NCBI GenBank assembly: GCA_023213395.1
Contig: CM041465.1
Location: 241,187,741-241,251,740, forward strand
DNA length: 64,000 nt
Direction of reading: 5' to 3'
Origin: Cycas panzhihuaensis
Taxonomy: Eukaryota > Plantae > Cycadophyta
Shown one piece after another: positions 40,936 to 53,109 of this stretch (position 1 is the first letter of the stretch; every line of letters starts with the position of its first letter). The notes under the pieces are model-generated. The model searched no databases. It had not been told where the DNA came from and was given only the letters and a program-made list of their open reading frames with translations. The position numbers were made by a program, and so were the translations under genes.

Positions 40936-41711
40936 ACTAACCTTATGTAAATTTTCTCTATTTCTTATATTTTATATTAGAGTTGTGGGTCACCTTGATA
41001 TATGTGCCACCTCTAAGTAGACTAATGGAGTTCTCTTACTAGTGGTGAGCTAGTATTATAAGTACGTACTCTTTATTGTTCATAATTGAGTTTTGGCCAA
41101 TTCTCCATATATTAAGTTTATTATTATACATACTTTATCTTTTTGTACTTTATTGTTTATCTCTTACTCACCAATAGGGTTTTATGTGATTATTGCATTT
41201 CTAATTCTAACATGGTATAAGAGCCCAAGGTCAATCCTTGTGGACTCTATTATAAATCCTAATATATGTTATCCTTGTTTTTGAGCTTTTAAGCCTTGTA
41301 ATTTTTTTGATGTACCTGCTTGGTGACTTTGTCAAGTTGAAGATCATTTCAAGTTACATCTTATGCATATTTTGTTATGGGATTGTTATCAAGTTTTGAA
41401 GGGCTAATTTGATATTGATGAGAGGTTATTTTCAAGACCATTTTAAGCTGTTTAAAGTCTGTTAAAGCTGTTCAAGTGGACATCTTCCACACACATGGTG
41501 CTACAATAATATTGCATGTAGGTGAAAGTCTATGAAAGTTCATGTTCAGATTTCAATTACTAGAAGACCATCTATGTTACACGTTAGTGGACAAGAATGC
41601 AACTAGGATTATTGATAGCAGTTGAGAGAGTCATTCTTAGCGAGGAGTGACTCCATTTCAATTTTTTTTTTTACAGATCTACAGGTGGATAAAGGTCCTA
41701 TATTATTTCTA

Positions 41712-41714
<3 letters not shown>

Positions 41715-41746
<32 letters not shown>
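41715..41746. repeat. (TA)n microsatellite
   Basis: Direct reading. Confidence 0.97.
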
Positions 41747-41749
<3 letters not shown>

Positions 41750-41947
41750 CTTACTATATTAAAAAAATATTAAAAATTTTCTATATTTGAGGCCTTCAAA
41801 TTTGGCCTATGCTTTTATGTAAAATAAATAAATAAATCTCTTCTATCTGCCAAATTTTACAGCTTCCAAGTTTTGAAGTCCAAGGATTTAGTAAAAAGAA
41901 CCTATATTCAACCCCGTGGCAGAGCTTCATTGGTCCTATATTGTTTT

Positions 41948-42591
41948 TGTTGAGAATACAAGGTCCCCAAACCTTTTAACCGCTACCAAGATCTATTGCA
42001 TTCTTACAACTAGTTACAGAAATCAAAACTTAAGATTACATGCAAGTTATAAAATTAGAGATTATACAATAACATAAAAATAAAAGCTAAACATCACATA
42101 TGCACCTGATATAACGTGGTAAAACCCTAGCAGTATGCTAGGAAAATATCCACACAGGAAAGGTATCGATCTTTATTGCTATAAAATGGAGAAACAGTAC
42201 ATCTCAGTTACAGAGTGCTCTCAGGAATAACAACCAGCCGCCGCCCTCATCACAGTACATTACATTATATACAACATAATAAGAAAAGCCCTAAAATGGG
42301 CTACATAAGAGGGATATCTAGAGCATAAATCTCAACCATAGAATCTAGGGTATTTGTATCGAACAACCCTAATTCTCTTTATATTTTACTATGCTTTACA
42401 TGGCTAATTTTTCAGGTTGGGGCTATCGCCCGCGAACCCCAACCTAGCGGGGGGCGTTCCATACCTCCCGTACCCCCTGGCCAAGGGGGGCTCCTGCCCT
42501 CCTTAAAACTCCCCAAGAAAGATTAGGGGGGGAAACCGTGCCGAAAACATGCCAAAAATTTAACTCATAATTGTTGTCACAATATCCAACA
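41948..42591 (-). mobile_element. Young solo LTR nested in element C
   Basis: TGTTGAGAAT...ATATCCAACA with TTTT on both flanks. Contains the GTGG(T)AAAACCC motif seen in the other minus-strand LTRs; CpGs retained. Confidence 0.7.
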
Positions 42592-44469
42592 TTTTCATCC
42601 ATCAAAGAGGTGTGTTTGGACTAGTTCAGTTTTCATAAAGAATAATCTCTCAGGCATAGAATGGAGGCATCTTTAATAACAACAACTTTAGCATGGGCCT
42701 GACCTTGTCTCTCATCCTTTAGGTCATGTGGTTGAATCCACAAGCGCAACTCTTAGTGATATATAAAGAGTATTCGCTTGATGAAATTATTTACTAAAGC
42801 AGATCAGGGACATTGTTGGCTATTCAACATAACATCCAGGTTTGGAGGATTTGTATATGCTATTGTCCTTGCCCATGGATATTACAAGTTTCATGACTGC
42901 CCTTTGTTGTTTAAGCTTAATGCATATGATTTGACCATGGAGACATTGAATACTATTAGCAGTTGTAATGTTCCTTTGAAATGGCTACGTCATAAAAGAA
43001 GACTAAGATTAAGGAGGCATTAGCGTTGCAATAATCTGAGGTTTGACTCGAGCAATTGGGAATGAATAGATGAATACTGTGGCATCTTATAATGAATGAA
43101 CAGGCACTACTGGAAGGGTGAGAGCATTGATCCAGACTCTTTGAAGGGGAAGTTAGATCATTAAATTAGTTGTTCTGGTACTTGTCTTATTCAGAAAGGG
43201 GTGGCCATGTCGACATTATTAGTAGCCAAGCTTACAAGAACCTTGAGGTTCAATACTATCTTCTCCCACTTTTCACGAATAAATGCTCTACGAGCGCTTA
43301 TAGTAGGACATGAATATATTTAGAATTTCACTTCTCACATTATAGCAGATTCCATATCCTCAAGAGTTTGAAGCTTTAGATATAGAATGGATTTCCTCCA
43401 TAATACAATGGTGACACAGACCTCGTGATGAGGAAACCTGCAAATACTGGTTCCTCATGGCGGTGCCCTGCAAATACCTTACCATGACTATAATGGTGAA
43501 TAGCATCCAGAATATTGAAGATCATGGCGAAGCCCTGCAACTCCATGGTGAATAGATTTCATCTCATGGTGATGTTAAATTTTGACCTACAACTTCGACC
43601 ATCCATGGCGACATCCTAAAGATATGGATGGATAAAATAATAATAGTTGAAACCCTAAAATTTTAGGGTATTCATCTTGCATTAATGATTTTGACATATA
43701 TCATATTTTGGCATATATTATGTTGGTGGATTTCGTCATTTTATTAAAAGGGGTTAAGTTTATTTTTTTGCATATTGAAATTTAAATTTAAATTAATTGT
43801 ATAGTGTTTCAAGTCCACCAACCCCTCATCACTTCAACCCCAAGTCTCATGGAGCTCTCAGACGACCACCAAAAATCTCGTGGAGGGGGCTAGTCCCCAT
43901 TTTTATTATTTTCTAGAGTACCGGTCACCTTTTTGGCTATATCTTGAGATTGGGAGGTCCTTTTTTAGTCCCATCTGTTGCGTTAGGCCTGTAACAGAAA
44001 GACCTTTAATTTGGAAGGTCATTTGATATATTTTGAAGATGTTTTCATGGAGATTTTTTAGTTGAAAGTCATAAATTCTTATTTGTCTTTATTTTTTCTT
44101 GACTTCTATTAGTACATATTACATTTTCGAGGTTTCTTGATGTAATGTACCCCAAATGGGGGGATGACATGTACCATGGACTTATTTTTTGGCTCTTAAA
44201 TAACCCATTAAGCTCATTTTGTACTTCATTCTATGAGAGAGAGTTATATATGCTACACTTAAGTCACATATCATTTTTCAATCATGTAAAAACTTCTAAT
44301 GATGGTTGTTTTGCCCATGGTGGCAAGTTATTAGCCCAATGAAGCATTTTTTAGCCCATATGGCATGTTTGAAGCCATATTGCTATTGTATTTCTAGCTA
44401 TTAGATGCTAAAGAAGTGATAGTCCTATTGAGAATGAGGTATGACACACTTTTAAAGCTACTCTTACTT

Positions 44470-44499
44470 GCCATGTGCCATGTGCCATGTGCCATGTGC
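44470..44499. repeat. (GCCATGT)4 tandem repeat
   Basis: Direct reading. Confidence 0.9.
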
Positions 44500-45856
44500 C
44501 TTATATATTTTTCTACTTACACTCCCATATGAGCAAGGGGTGGAACCTTATTCAGCTACTCTTGCCAGCTCCTAATTGATCCACGTATACAAAGGGAGTT
44601 CCTACCCAACTCACCGTTGCAACGGCTAATGACCCATGCATTCTAATAGATGAACTCTACTTCATATAGACTTTTGCAGTTTTTTAATTCTGTGTAGCAG
44701 CATTTGTGATCTAGCAGACTTTTGAAAACTCGAGCTTATCATTGATGTGATGACATTTACGTAATTGACTATAAGGGGGAATATTTGGTGTAATACCTAA
44801 TTATATTAACCTTATGTAAACTTTATCTATTTCTTGTATTTTATATTAGAGTTGTGGGCCACCTTAATATGTGTGCCACCTCTAAGTAGACAAATGGGAT
44901 TCTCTCACTAGTGATGAGCTAGTATTATAAGTATGTACTCTTCATTGTTCATAATTAAGTTTTGGCCAATTCTCCACACATTGAGTTTATTGTTGTACAT
45001 ACTTCATCTTTTTGTACTTTATTCTTTATCTCTTACTCATCATTAGGGTTTTATATGATTATTGCATTTCTAGTTCTAACATTGAGTTTGTTGGTACATG
45101 TAAAATTAAGATAATAAAAGAATACTTTATATAATATATAACTAATAAGGTAAGATAATATAATATATGGTATTAATAGAATCTAAAATAATCATCGCTT
45201 AAGAATGAAGTTTATTTGTCAAAAGATAAGCAAAGGAATCTATTGGTACACTAAGAAGTATTATGCAATAAAAAAGGATTTATGTATATTTTCTCTCTTT
45301 AAAATCTCTCTAAGAACCCATTAAAAATTATAATTTATTAGAGAATCAAGGCCAAAACAATCAAAAGTGATTGAAAATTCTTTTATTACATTTTTACATA
45401 ATTATTTTATATATAATATATGATTGGTTGCATAATGCACTTGAATGGATCATTTAAGAGTAGATCCTTAAGCCACTTATCATAGAAAATTAGAAGAATT
45501 TGAATTCATTCCATTGAAGTAACTATATGTTGGGGTTAATGTTCATCACGTCACTTCCACCATTTAAACATGTGAGTGCACACATGTGAAGGTAAGTGAG
45601 ATGAGGTTAAGTGTTATTTTAGTTAAGTATTATTTTAATATATTTTAAATTTTGAAGGTTGAGGAGGTTTCCCTCTTCCCTCAAGCTATGTATTTACTGG
45701 GGTGACAAACCATGGTGTCTTTTAACACCACCTCCATTTTGGAAATATGTGCAAGCTCTCAAATATGGATTGAATGTAATATTTGGTTAAAGATCATATA
45801 ATACAATTGATTGATCATTTTGTTTATTTCTTTGCTCTGTCTCCATGTTTTCAAAT

Positions 45857-45940
45857 CCTTCATTTGGTATCAGAGCTTCTTAGTAAAGCGTTCATTTGGT
45901 ATCAAAGCTTCTTGGCAAAGCCTTCGTTTAGTATCAGAGC
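45857..45940 (+). repeat. Three 32-bp tandem units, each with LTR end plus iMet PBS
   Basis: PBS copies at 45865-45876, 45897-45908 and 45929-45940; unit CCTTCATTTGGTATCAGAGCTTCTTGGCAAAG. Confidence 0.92.
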
Positions 45941-48562
45941 TCAGATTTTAGCCTGTTCAAGTCCTTTATTTGAGAGTAAGAAGATCTATTGAGTTTTGAA
46001 GCAAAGATTTATTAAAGCTACTCACGACAAGTAATATATTGGTTTTATTCATTTTTTATAAAGCTTATTAGTAATTTTTATATTATTTTCATTAAAATTT
46101 TAATTATTTTTTATTTATATATGCAAAATAATCTATATTTTTATAGATCTGTATAGGATCACAGCCACAATCAATAAAACATTCAATATTTCATCATTTT
46201 ATGAAGTTTTATTGATAAGTTTTGTATAGTTTCATTGAATTTTTAGTTTTTGTTTTTCATGCATTTACTCCATTTATTTAATATTTCTTCAGATCTGTGT
46301 AGTAACAACTGTATATTTAGCCCAACAGCCTTTTAGAGAAATTATACTAAGGTTTTGTTTGATATTTTATAAATTTTTATTATTTTTTCACCATTTTTTC
46401 AAGGTTTTGTAAGGAACTTAAACTTCTATAGGTTGGTGCAGTCTCCACGGTGAACAAAACCCTATCAAGTGACCAGTCATTTCAAATCTCTCTGAGTCAG
46501 GTCAGTACCAGATTCTACGGTTTTAATTTTCGTTACTCTTACAAAGAGATCTCCCTCTCAGAAGCTTGGTTACTCATTTTAGTAGTAAAACCCCTCTACT
46601 CCACTTCTTATTTACTTATTTTGACTTCATTTTTCATCTGGTTTCTTTTGTAACTATGGTGTAGACCTAATACAAAGTAGACTAAGTAATCTTTGAGGTA
46701 TTATAGGCTCTCACTGAGCCGTACAACCTCTATATAATATGTACATCCTCCACGGCCTTCCTGAGAGCAATCGCTTCATTCTCTCTCTATGATCATTGGA
46801 TCTTTATGAAATTTTAGAGGTGACTTTATAATAGGGATATCTAGCTCTGTCTTAAATTTTGTCTTAATCTAAGTTGTGTATGAAGAAAACGAGCTCCACA
46901 AAGTTTTATCTGTGCGCACAGCCTCTACACGTTTTTTTATTTTAAATTTATTTATGTTTTGATTAAATTTTTATAAAGTTAAACTTTATAACTTTGATTT
47001 AATTTATTTTAATGATATTTGAGGTCCTAATACCCTTCTTCAGTTGACTGGTGATCATATTAATTTCCATGTGACTGAGTCTTTTTCCAAAAGGGGCTTA
47101 TTAAACCCTTTTCTAATTTATTTTTTCATAATAAGCTATCTCGATTGTTTCACTTATAACTTTTGATCCAGGAGTTAATTTTTCAAACAACTAAATCTGT
47201 TGGAAAGTTGCTTCGATTCTCTACATGATGGTATAATATTTTCTTAGATTTGGAGTTGTTTTGATCAAGTTTTAATAGTTTAAATTCACATAATATTTTA
47301 ACTTCCAATTTACTAAGTATAAAGAGGTTTCTTCACTATTTTCACTATAACTTTCTCATCTGATATCTATTTTCTAAACAGTCAGCTTTGTTGGAAAGTT
47401 GATTCAGCCTTCTTCGCACTGGTATATTTTTTAAAAGTGATTTGAAGTTGTTTTGTAGATATTTTAGGCTAATAGAGTTAAAATACTTAATCAAACCTAG
47501 TTCTTCATTATTCAACATTTTTTTAAGCATTTTCTTTAAGAGTTTTTTGCATAAGTCACATTAAAGGGTCTTTAATATGTAAGTGAGTAGTTTTATATAT
47601 TTTTATAAAGCTATAATTTGTTTTTATAGTATTTTAGCATCATGGCTCATATTCAAGCCCTAAAAGGGTCTCTATACATATTCTTTAAAATCTTGAGTTT
47701 TAGGAATCGGTTTTTCGAATAGTTGAATCCGTTAGAAAGGTTATTCAATATTCTATAGTTTAAAATAGGTTCTACTCAATTCTAACATCATTTGGTAGGT
47801 GTTTGAAGCTAGCTACCTTAATCTTTTTGTTTAGTCCTTATATGCATTATCCTATAATTTTTCTAGTATTGCATTGTCTCATAAGGTTATATCTACATTA
47901 TTAATCACAAACAATTTATTCTTGAAGCTATTATTATTCTTTGTCTGCATTTTTTAAGTCTTTTTCATAACAAGAAACTAGATTTTTAGTACTTCAAGCT
48001 AAGTAGAGTTGCATTATCAAATGGGTACAATTTATGTTCTATTTGTTCTTTTTCTATATTTCTTAGAAGAAACTTGTTATTTCTAGATATCTCTATTATC
48101 TAAAGCAAATGTTGCACTTCGGTTTCTTAGTTTTTCTACTACTTACAAAAGGATCTACTACTTTCAAAATGATGGCTAATCATTTTCATAATCTAGCATA
48201 CTTCATTTTTACATTGATAAATGTCATTCATTTTTGCTTTAACTACTCTTTAGCTTTGAAAGATTCAAGTTTAGTTGAAGAATATTATTGAATATCTATC
48301 ATTTCATCATTAAAAATAATTATTTACATTGTTAAACCTTAAAGAAGCATATAGATCATTGCTTTCATAAAAGCATTAATTGATTTAGTTCCATATAAAT
48401 AAGAACCTTTTGTTTCAAAAGATATGCATTTGATTGCATTACTCAACTACATCAATTAAGGGATTCATATTTGTTAAAAAATACTTATTGTCCACTTTAT
48501 GTTATTCATACATTTAAGGTTTTCATTTACTTATTTGAACTCATAAACTAAATGCATTTCAA

Positions 48563-49250
48563 ATGGCAATGTATATGAATGATGTGTTAATTTCTACACT
48601 TGATGGGACCAATTTTCATGTATGTAAAGGATTATTAAAAATACTTTTTATTACAAAAGATATTTAGAAATTTGTAGCATATAGTTACCTAAAGGAATAA
48701 GAAGATTTAAAAAAAAAAAAACCTAATAAATGATAATAAAATCATAGCTTTAATATTTAGTACAATCAATGATGATATATTTGTTAATATTAGTGAATTA
48801 ACTACATCTAAGTCCATTTGGGATACACTAAAATCTATTTATAGAGGAGAAACCCTCAATGTGAATGAATTTAATTATGATAATGATATATATATAAGAC
48901 AAATATTAGAGTAGGTTTTTCATGTTGAAAATATTAATGTAGAAGACTCAAATCGAATGAATGATCACATTGGTGCACATGAAGATGTTTATACATTTGA
49001 CATAATTGTTACTTATAAAACAAAGAATCCAGAAGATAGAATAAAAGATGTAGTTATTCTTTTCTATTTGAAGTAAGTCACACTCACTTGGAGATTGCTT
49101 GAATTAAACTATGTTGAAGGAAACCATTATATAAGAACAAAGATACATGAAGATGAAGGGAAAACAAAATGATATTTGGTCAAGTGCTCATTGAAAGCCT
49201 ACATCAAATATATGTACCACAAGTTTAAGGAAGAATAAAGATGTTCGTGA
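48563..49250 (+). pseudogene. Truncated Gag plus acidic tail and RNase H end of element B
   Basis: MAMYMND...LDGTNFHV...INDDIFVNISELTTSKSIWDTLKSIYRG. Confidence 0.8.
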
Positions 49251-49939
49251 TGATCATTAAGGGGTAGAATGTTAGAGTTAATGTTCATCACCCCACTCAT
49301 ATTATTTACACATGTGAGTGCATGCATGTGAAGATAAGTAAGGTAAGGTTAAGTGTTACTTTAATTAAGTATTATTTTAATATATTTTAAATTTTAAAAA
49401 TTGAGCAACTTTCTCTCATCTCTCAAATTATATATTTACTAAGGTGACAAACTTTAATGTCTTTTGACACTGCCTCCATTTTGAAAATATATATATATTC
49501 TCAAACATAGATTAAATGTAATATTTAATTATACTTATATAATATAATAGATTGATCATTTTATTTATTATTATGTTTTATCTCTATATTTTCAAATCAT
49601 TTATTATAGATAAGTAAGAGTGATATCACAACTCTTAAGTATAGTGTTAAAAATGTAAAAGATAAATAACCTTTACTACTAAATATACATCGTTTAAAAT
49701 AAAAAATAAAATAATAATAATAATAATAAAATAAAATAAACCTAATTATAATATTTTTATGAAGGTAGAGATTATTTATTAAAATATATTCTTATTAATA
49801 CTATCAAAACCAACATACAAACTCATCCTAACATACAATGTAATATAACTAACTACCATGTTCACTAATTTTTAGCGAAGTTATAGATGCGTCTTTACAA
49901 ACAATCAATATTATAATATATGTTCCTTGATCTCTATAT

Positions 49940-50389
49940 AATATTGGCGTAAGGATATCACGTCATTGTGCATCAGTTTAGGGTCGAGAAAATTCTAGAC
50001 GCATTCTCGGTTTGTAACAGTAAAGCATATGTCATAAATTCTTGTGAATACGCGGGAGGGAGAGATAAAGGAGGCGAATTTTAATGGCAGGGAAATGTGG
50101 GCCCTGTGGTGCATTGCACCGCTAACTCGTTGCCACCTGTCATCAGATAACCTTATTTTATATGACCATAACGTAGGCACGCAAATATCATGCGGTGGCA
50201 CCGTGCAGGGGATTATCCGCTCTGATACGAAAATTTCATGTAGTTTTAGCCGGGTGCGCACTGTGGGGAGAGGGGGTTAAGACCCGTAAATACGACCCTA
50301 CTTCCACTTCTCGTCAGAGCGCTTAGGATCCTAAGGCAATAAACAACAGTAGATCTCCGTCGTAGTACAGCAGAACAGACCCCCTGACA
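49940..50389 (+). promoter_or_regulatory. SAUR promoter / 5' region (CpG-rich)
   Basis: Abrupt switch to CpG-rich DNA. TCP-type site GTGGGCCC at 50097-50104, ACGTCA bZIP-type motif at ~49960, TATA-like GTAAATA at ~50286. Motif function is inferred. Confidence 0.55.
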
Positions 50390-50896
50390 ATGAACGGGAT
50401 CAGAATTAACAGAGTCAGCCAGATCGTCCGACTCAAGCATAAGATGAAGATGGCCCTCAATCGCAGGGTCTGCTCGGTTACTTCCTGTGCTCTATCTCCA
50501 ACGTCCGACCAGCGATCGGTTTTCTCGACGACATACGACTCGGACGAAGAATGTTGCAGATGTCCTGCGTCTCCTCCTCCGGACGTGCCCGAGGGCTATT
50601 TGGCCGTTTACGTCGGCAGAGAACGTAAACGCTTCGTCGTTCCCACGTGTTACCTGATACGCCCCGTGTTTCGAGCGCTGCTTCAGAAGGCGGAGGAGGA
50701 GTTCGGCTTCGATCATAAAGGCGGGCTCACCATTCCCTGCGAGATAAACGTTTTTGAACACGTACTGCAGTTGCTCGGAAGAAATGACGGGGATATGCTT
50801 ATTTTAGACGAACTGGTGAATTGTATTTATTGCGATAAATCGGAGGATAATTCTTGTTCCCGTGGCTTTCCGGCCCTTCGGCTGGGAAATGGGTGA
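50390..50896 (+). CDS. SAUR: Small auxin-up RNA (SAUR) family protein, intronless, 168 aa
   Basis: [54 protein letters not shown] (Auxin_inducible domain) and N-terminal SQIVRLK motif; intact ORF. Confidence 0.97.
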   Translation: MNGIRINRVSQIVRLKHKMKMALNRRVCSVTSCALSPTSDQRSVFSTTYDSDEECCRCPASPPPDVPEGYLAVYVGRERKRFVVPTCYLIRPVFRALLQKAEEEFGFDHKGGLTIPCEINVFEHVLQLLGRNDGDMLILDELVNCIYCDKSEDNSCSRGFPALRLGNG

Positions 50897-51597
50897 AGGA
50901 ATTTGACGCAGACACTGTGTATATCCTTTTTTTTTTACGTTAATTGTTGGAAATGTAGGTGGCCGTTAGAAGACGTTAAAACGAAGTCTTGCCCTCCCTT
51001 TGAATCCCAAAAACTGAGAAAACCACGTGCCAACGATGGTGGGGAAATCCGGTTCCAGTACCTTGGCGCTGCCGAATGCATTTGCCGACCGCAAGTGTCC
51101 CACACGTTTTGCCGATTTTCTCATGTCTTTGTAGACGAATCTCAGAGGTGGATTTCAAATTAAATTTCATAAATATGAAATGAGAATTTGAGGGATGTAT
51201 GCGCGGGTCGAAAATGTGTGTTGGCATGAAAACTGCAAGGTTGCGAACAGATAACGTTTGACCATGTTGGATGTCCTCCGGTTTGAGTCATTCGGCGGTT
51301 TTGTGTTGCTCGCCAAACATAATAACAAGAGACAGGGACGAACGGAAAATGTGTCTCCCGTGGGTGACCGTGGCGGAGGTCTGGGGATCGAATAAAGTCT
51401 GGGCACGCCAAATCCACCTGGAGTTAACCTTTTTGAGTGGTCTAACCTCGGTCTAGTTGGGGTTGGATGTATGGTTAAACGTTACGTTTGGGTTTTGATT
51501 ATTTTAAAAGAGAAAATAAAAAGGTGTGCGGTAGCTTTCGAATGCTTTTATTAGTCGTGGATCGATCTCCTTACGTGAATGTGTTTTGGTGCCGTGA

Positions 51598-52850
51598 GTG
51601 ATAAAAGGGTGTTATGACCAATGCTCATTTATTTTGTATACAATAGCATGGACTAGTCCTCCCCAAGGTCTCCACTCAATGAGGGAGCCCTCTATGTGTG
51701 TTCTATGCAAAGAATTCTTTATACCCATCCCACTCCTATATATAATCTCAAGATGCCCATCGCAAACCTCCACAGGTAGACAATGATTATCAATAGTGCA
51801 CTCATGGATTCCAAAATTGTTGCCCAAAATTTGGGAGAACTAGCGTTTGACCAATCAATCAGCTTTCTCTTATTCAACTTGGGCAAGTTTTAAAGGATGC
51901 AATTGATTTCACATGAGTTTTATGTGTATTGGTGGATGCTTTTTATTTCTTATCCTTGTTGAAACATATCTTTTTATCAATCACAAATATTATTCAAAAA
52001 ATTAGGGAGAGAACATTATCCTCTTCATTCCCGTAGATGATGTAAAAACAAAATCTCATAAAGGGTGTAAAAATATACAAATTTATATCATTGCACAAAC
52101 TAAAAGAGACTAGAGTATGCTAAATTTGTTCCCAACTATCGAGTTGAGGGGAAGCTACATGACCCTCTCAAAGATTATCTCATTTGTCTAGTAGACATTC
52201 CCTTACTTTACAATGCTTGGCTTAGGCCAATTAAATATTTAAAGGGGCATTAACTTCTGTCATCTTTGACTCTTCAATCTTTTAACTACCCTAGTTGAGT
52301 TGCATCCTAAATATTTACAACTATTTCTATGGAGATTGAGATGTCCACTTCTATATAGCAGAATGATCATTTCTTGAATTTCTTTGTCCTCTAGATCGAG
52401 TACATTGTCTCTCCTATTAGTACAAGCTCCCCTCTTCTGAATTAACTCTTAATATAGTATAGGAAATTAAACCCTAGTGGTTTATGAGTTATTATAGATG
52501 GGTAAGCTTTCCTTGCACTTTTCACGTCTACGTATCTATTTACAATCCATAAGTGAACAACACAAGTAGAACCATTTCGTTACTAAACATGGCCATTAGA
52601 TTTTCGTTTTCAACACAATATAAAAACTCAGTCCAAAGCATTTTACATATTTATAAAAATTTATGAGAAAACTCTTTGTTGTCCCCAAGTAAGGTTGCAT
52701 TCCATCTGGGTTTTTTACTAGGCACAAAATGGCTTGGATTTAATCACCAATCCATTATAGAAAATTGACTATACATAAAAGGATGCTTTATTATGCATAA
52801 GGCTACTAAATATTCACTCACCTTGGGTGAATAGCTTGTGCATTCGTGAG
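51598..52850 (+). mobile_element. Highly decayed LINE-like fragments
   Basis: IAW..PP.G...PSMCVLCK.......SRCP resembles the LINE zf-RVT knuckle; RTISLLNM (~52570) resembles RT RPISLLN. Confidence 0.35.
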
Positions 52851-52880
52851 GCAAAAAAATTAATGAATGATTTATACTAA

Positions 52881-53045
52881 TGTCATGCCTAAACTTGCAT
52901 ATAAACCCTAAAATTAGTAGTTAGTTTAATTTAGTTAATTATGCAATTGTTTGGTTAACATAATTGTATATATATTAGTTTCTTAGTTAGTAGGGGTTCC
53001 TTTAAGTGATTTGGGAACTCTAAGGCATGTAACCAAGCCATGACA
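52881..53045. mobile_element. 165-bp LTR-like unit (solo LTR, or 5' LTR of the adjacent Gypsy)
   Basis: TGTCATG...CATGACA perfect terminal inverted repeat, flanked by CTAA on both sides. Confidence 0.6.
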
Positions 53046-53109
53046 CTAATAGTAAGCATATGCTATTGTCATGTTATGTTTACATTGTAAGTGGGATCAT
53101 AGAATTGGC

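Larger units (their letters stand above)
40936..45081 (+). mobile_element. Non-autonomous LTR element (element C) with no recognisable pol; 5' LTR slightly truncated
   Basis: Matching LTRs ~40936-41212 and ~44782-45081; PBS TGGTATAAGAGC at 41213; PPT AAGGGGGAA at 44773. No TSD visible because the left end is lost. Confidence 0.85.
45528..49603 (+). mobile_element. Non-autonomous Copia-derived element (element B), sister of element A
   Basis: LTRs 45528-45862 and 49270-49603; TSD CTATA/TTATA; PBS 45865; PPT 49259-49269. LTR, truncated gag and RH tail (AAGTTTAAGGAA...GTTCGTGATGA.CATTAAGGGG) are homologous to element A. Confidence 0.92.

Noticed and set aside
42778-43023. F-box/kelch-like ORF
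   Set aside because: No diagnostic motif; kept only as unidentified cargo.
45857-45940. CRISPR-like array
   Set aside because: Eukaryotic context; the units are PBS duplications with near-identical 'spacers'.
49995-51456. Short ORFs overlapping or flanking SAUR
   Set aside because: Expected by chance in GC-rich DNA; no recognisable domains.
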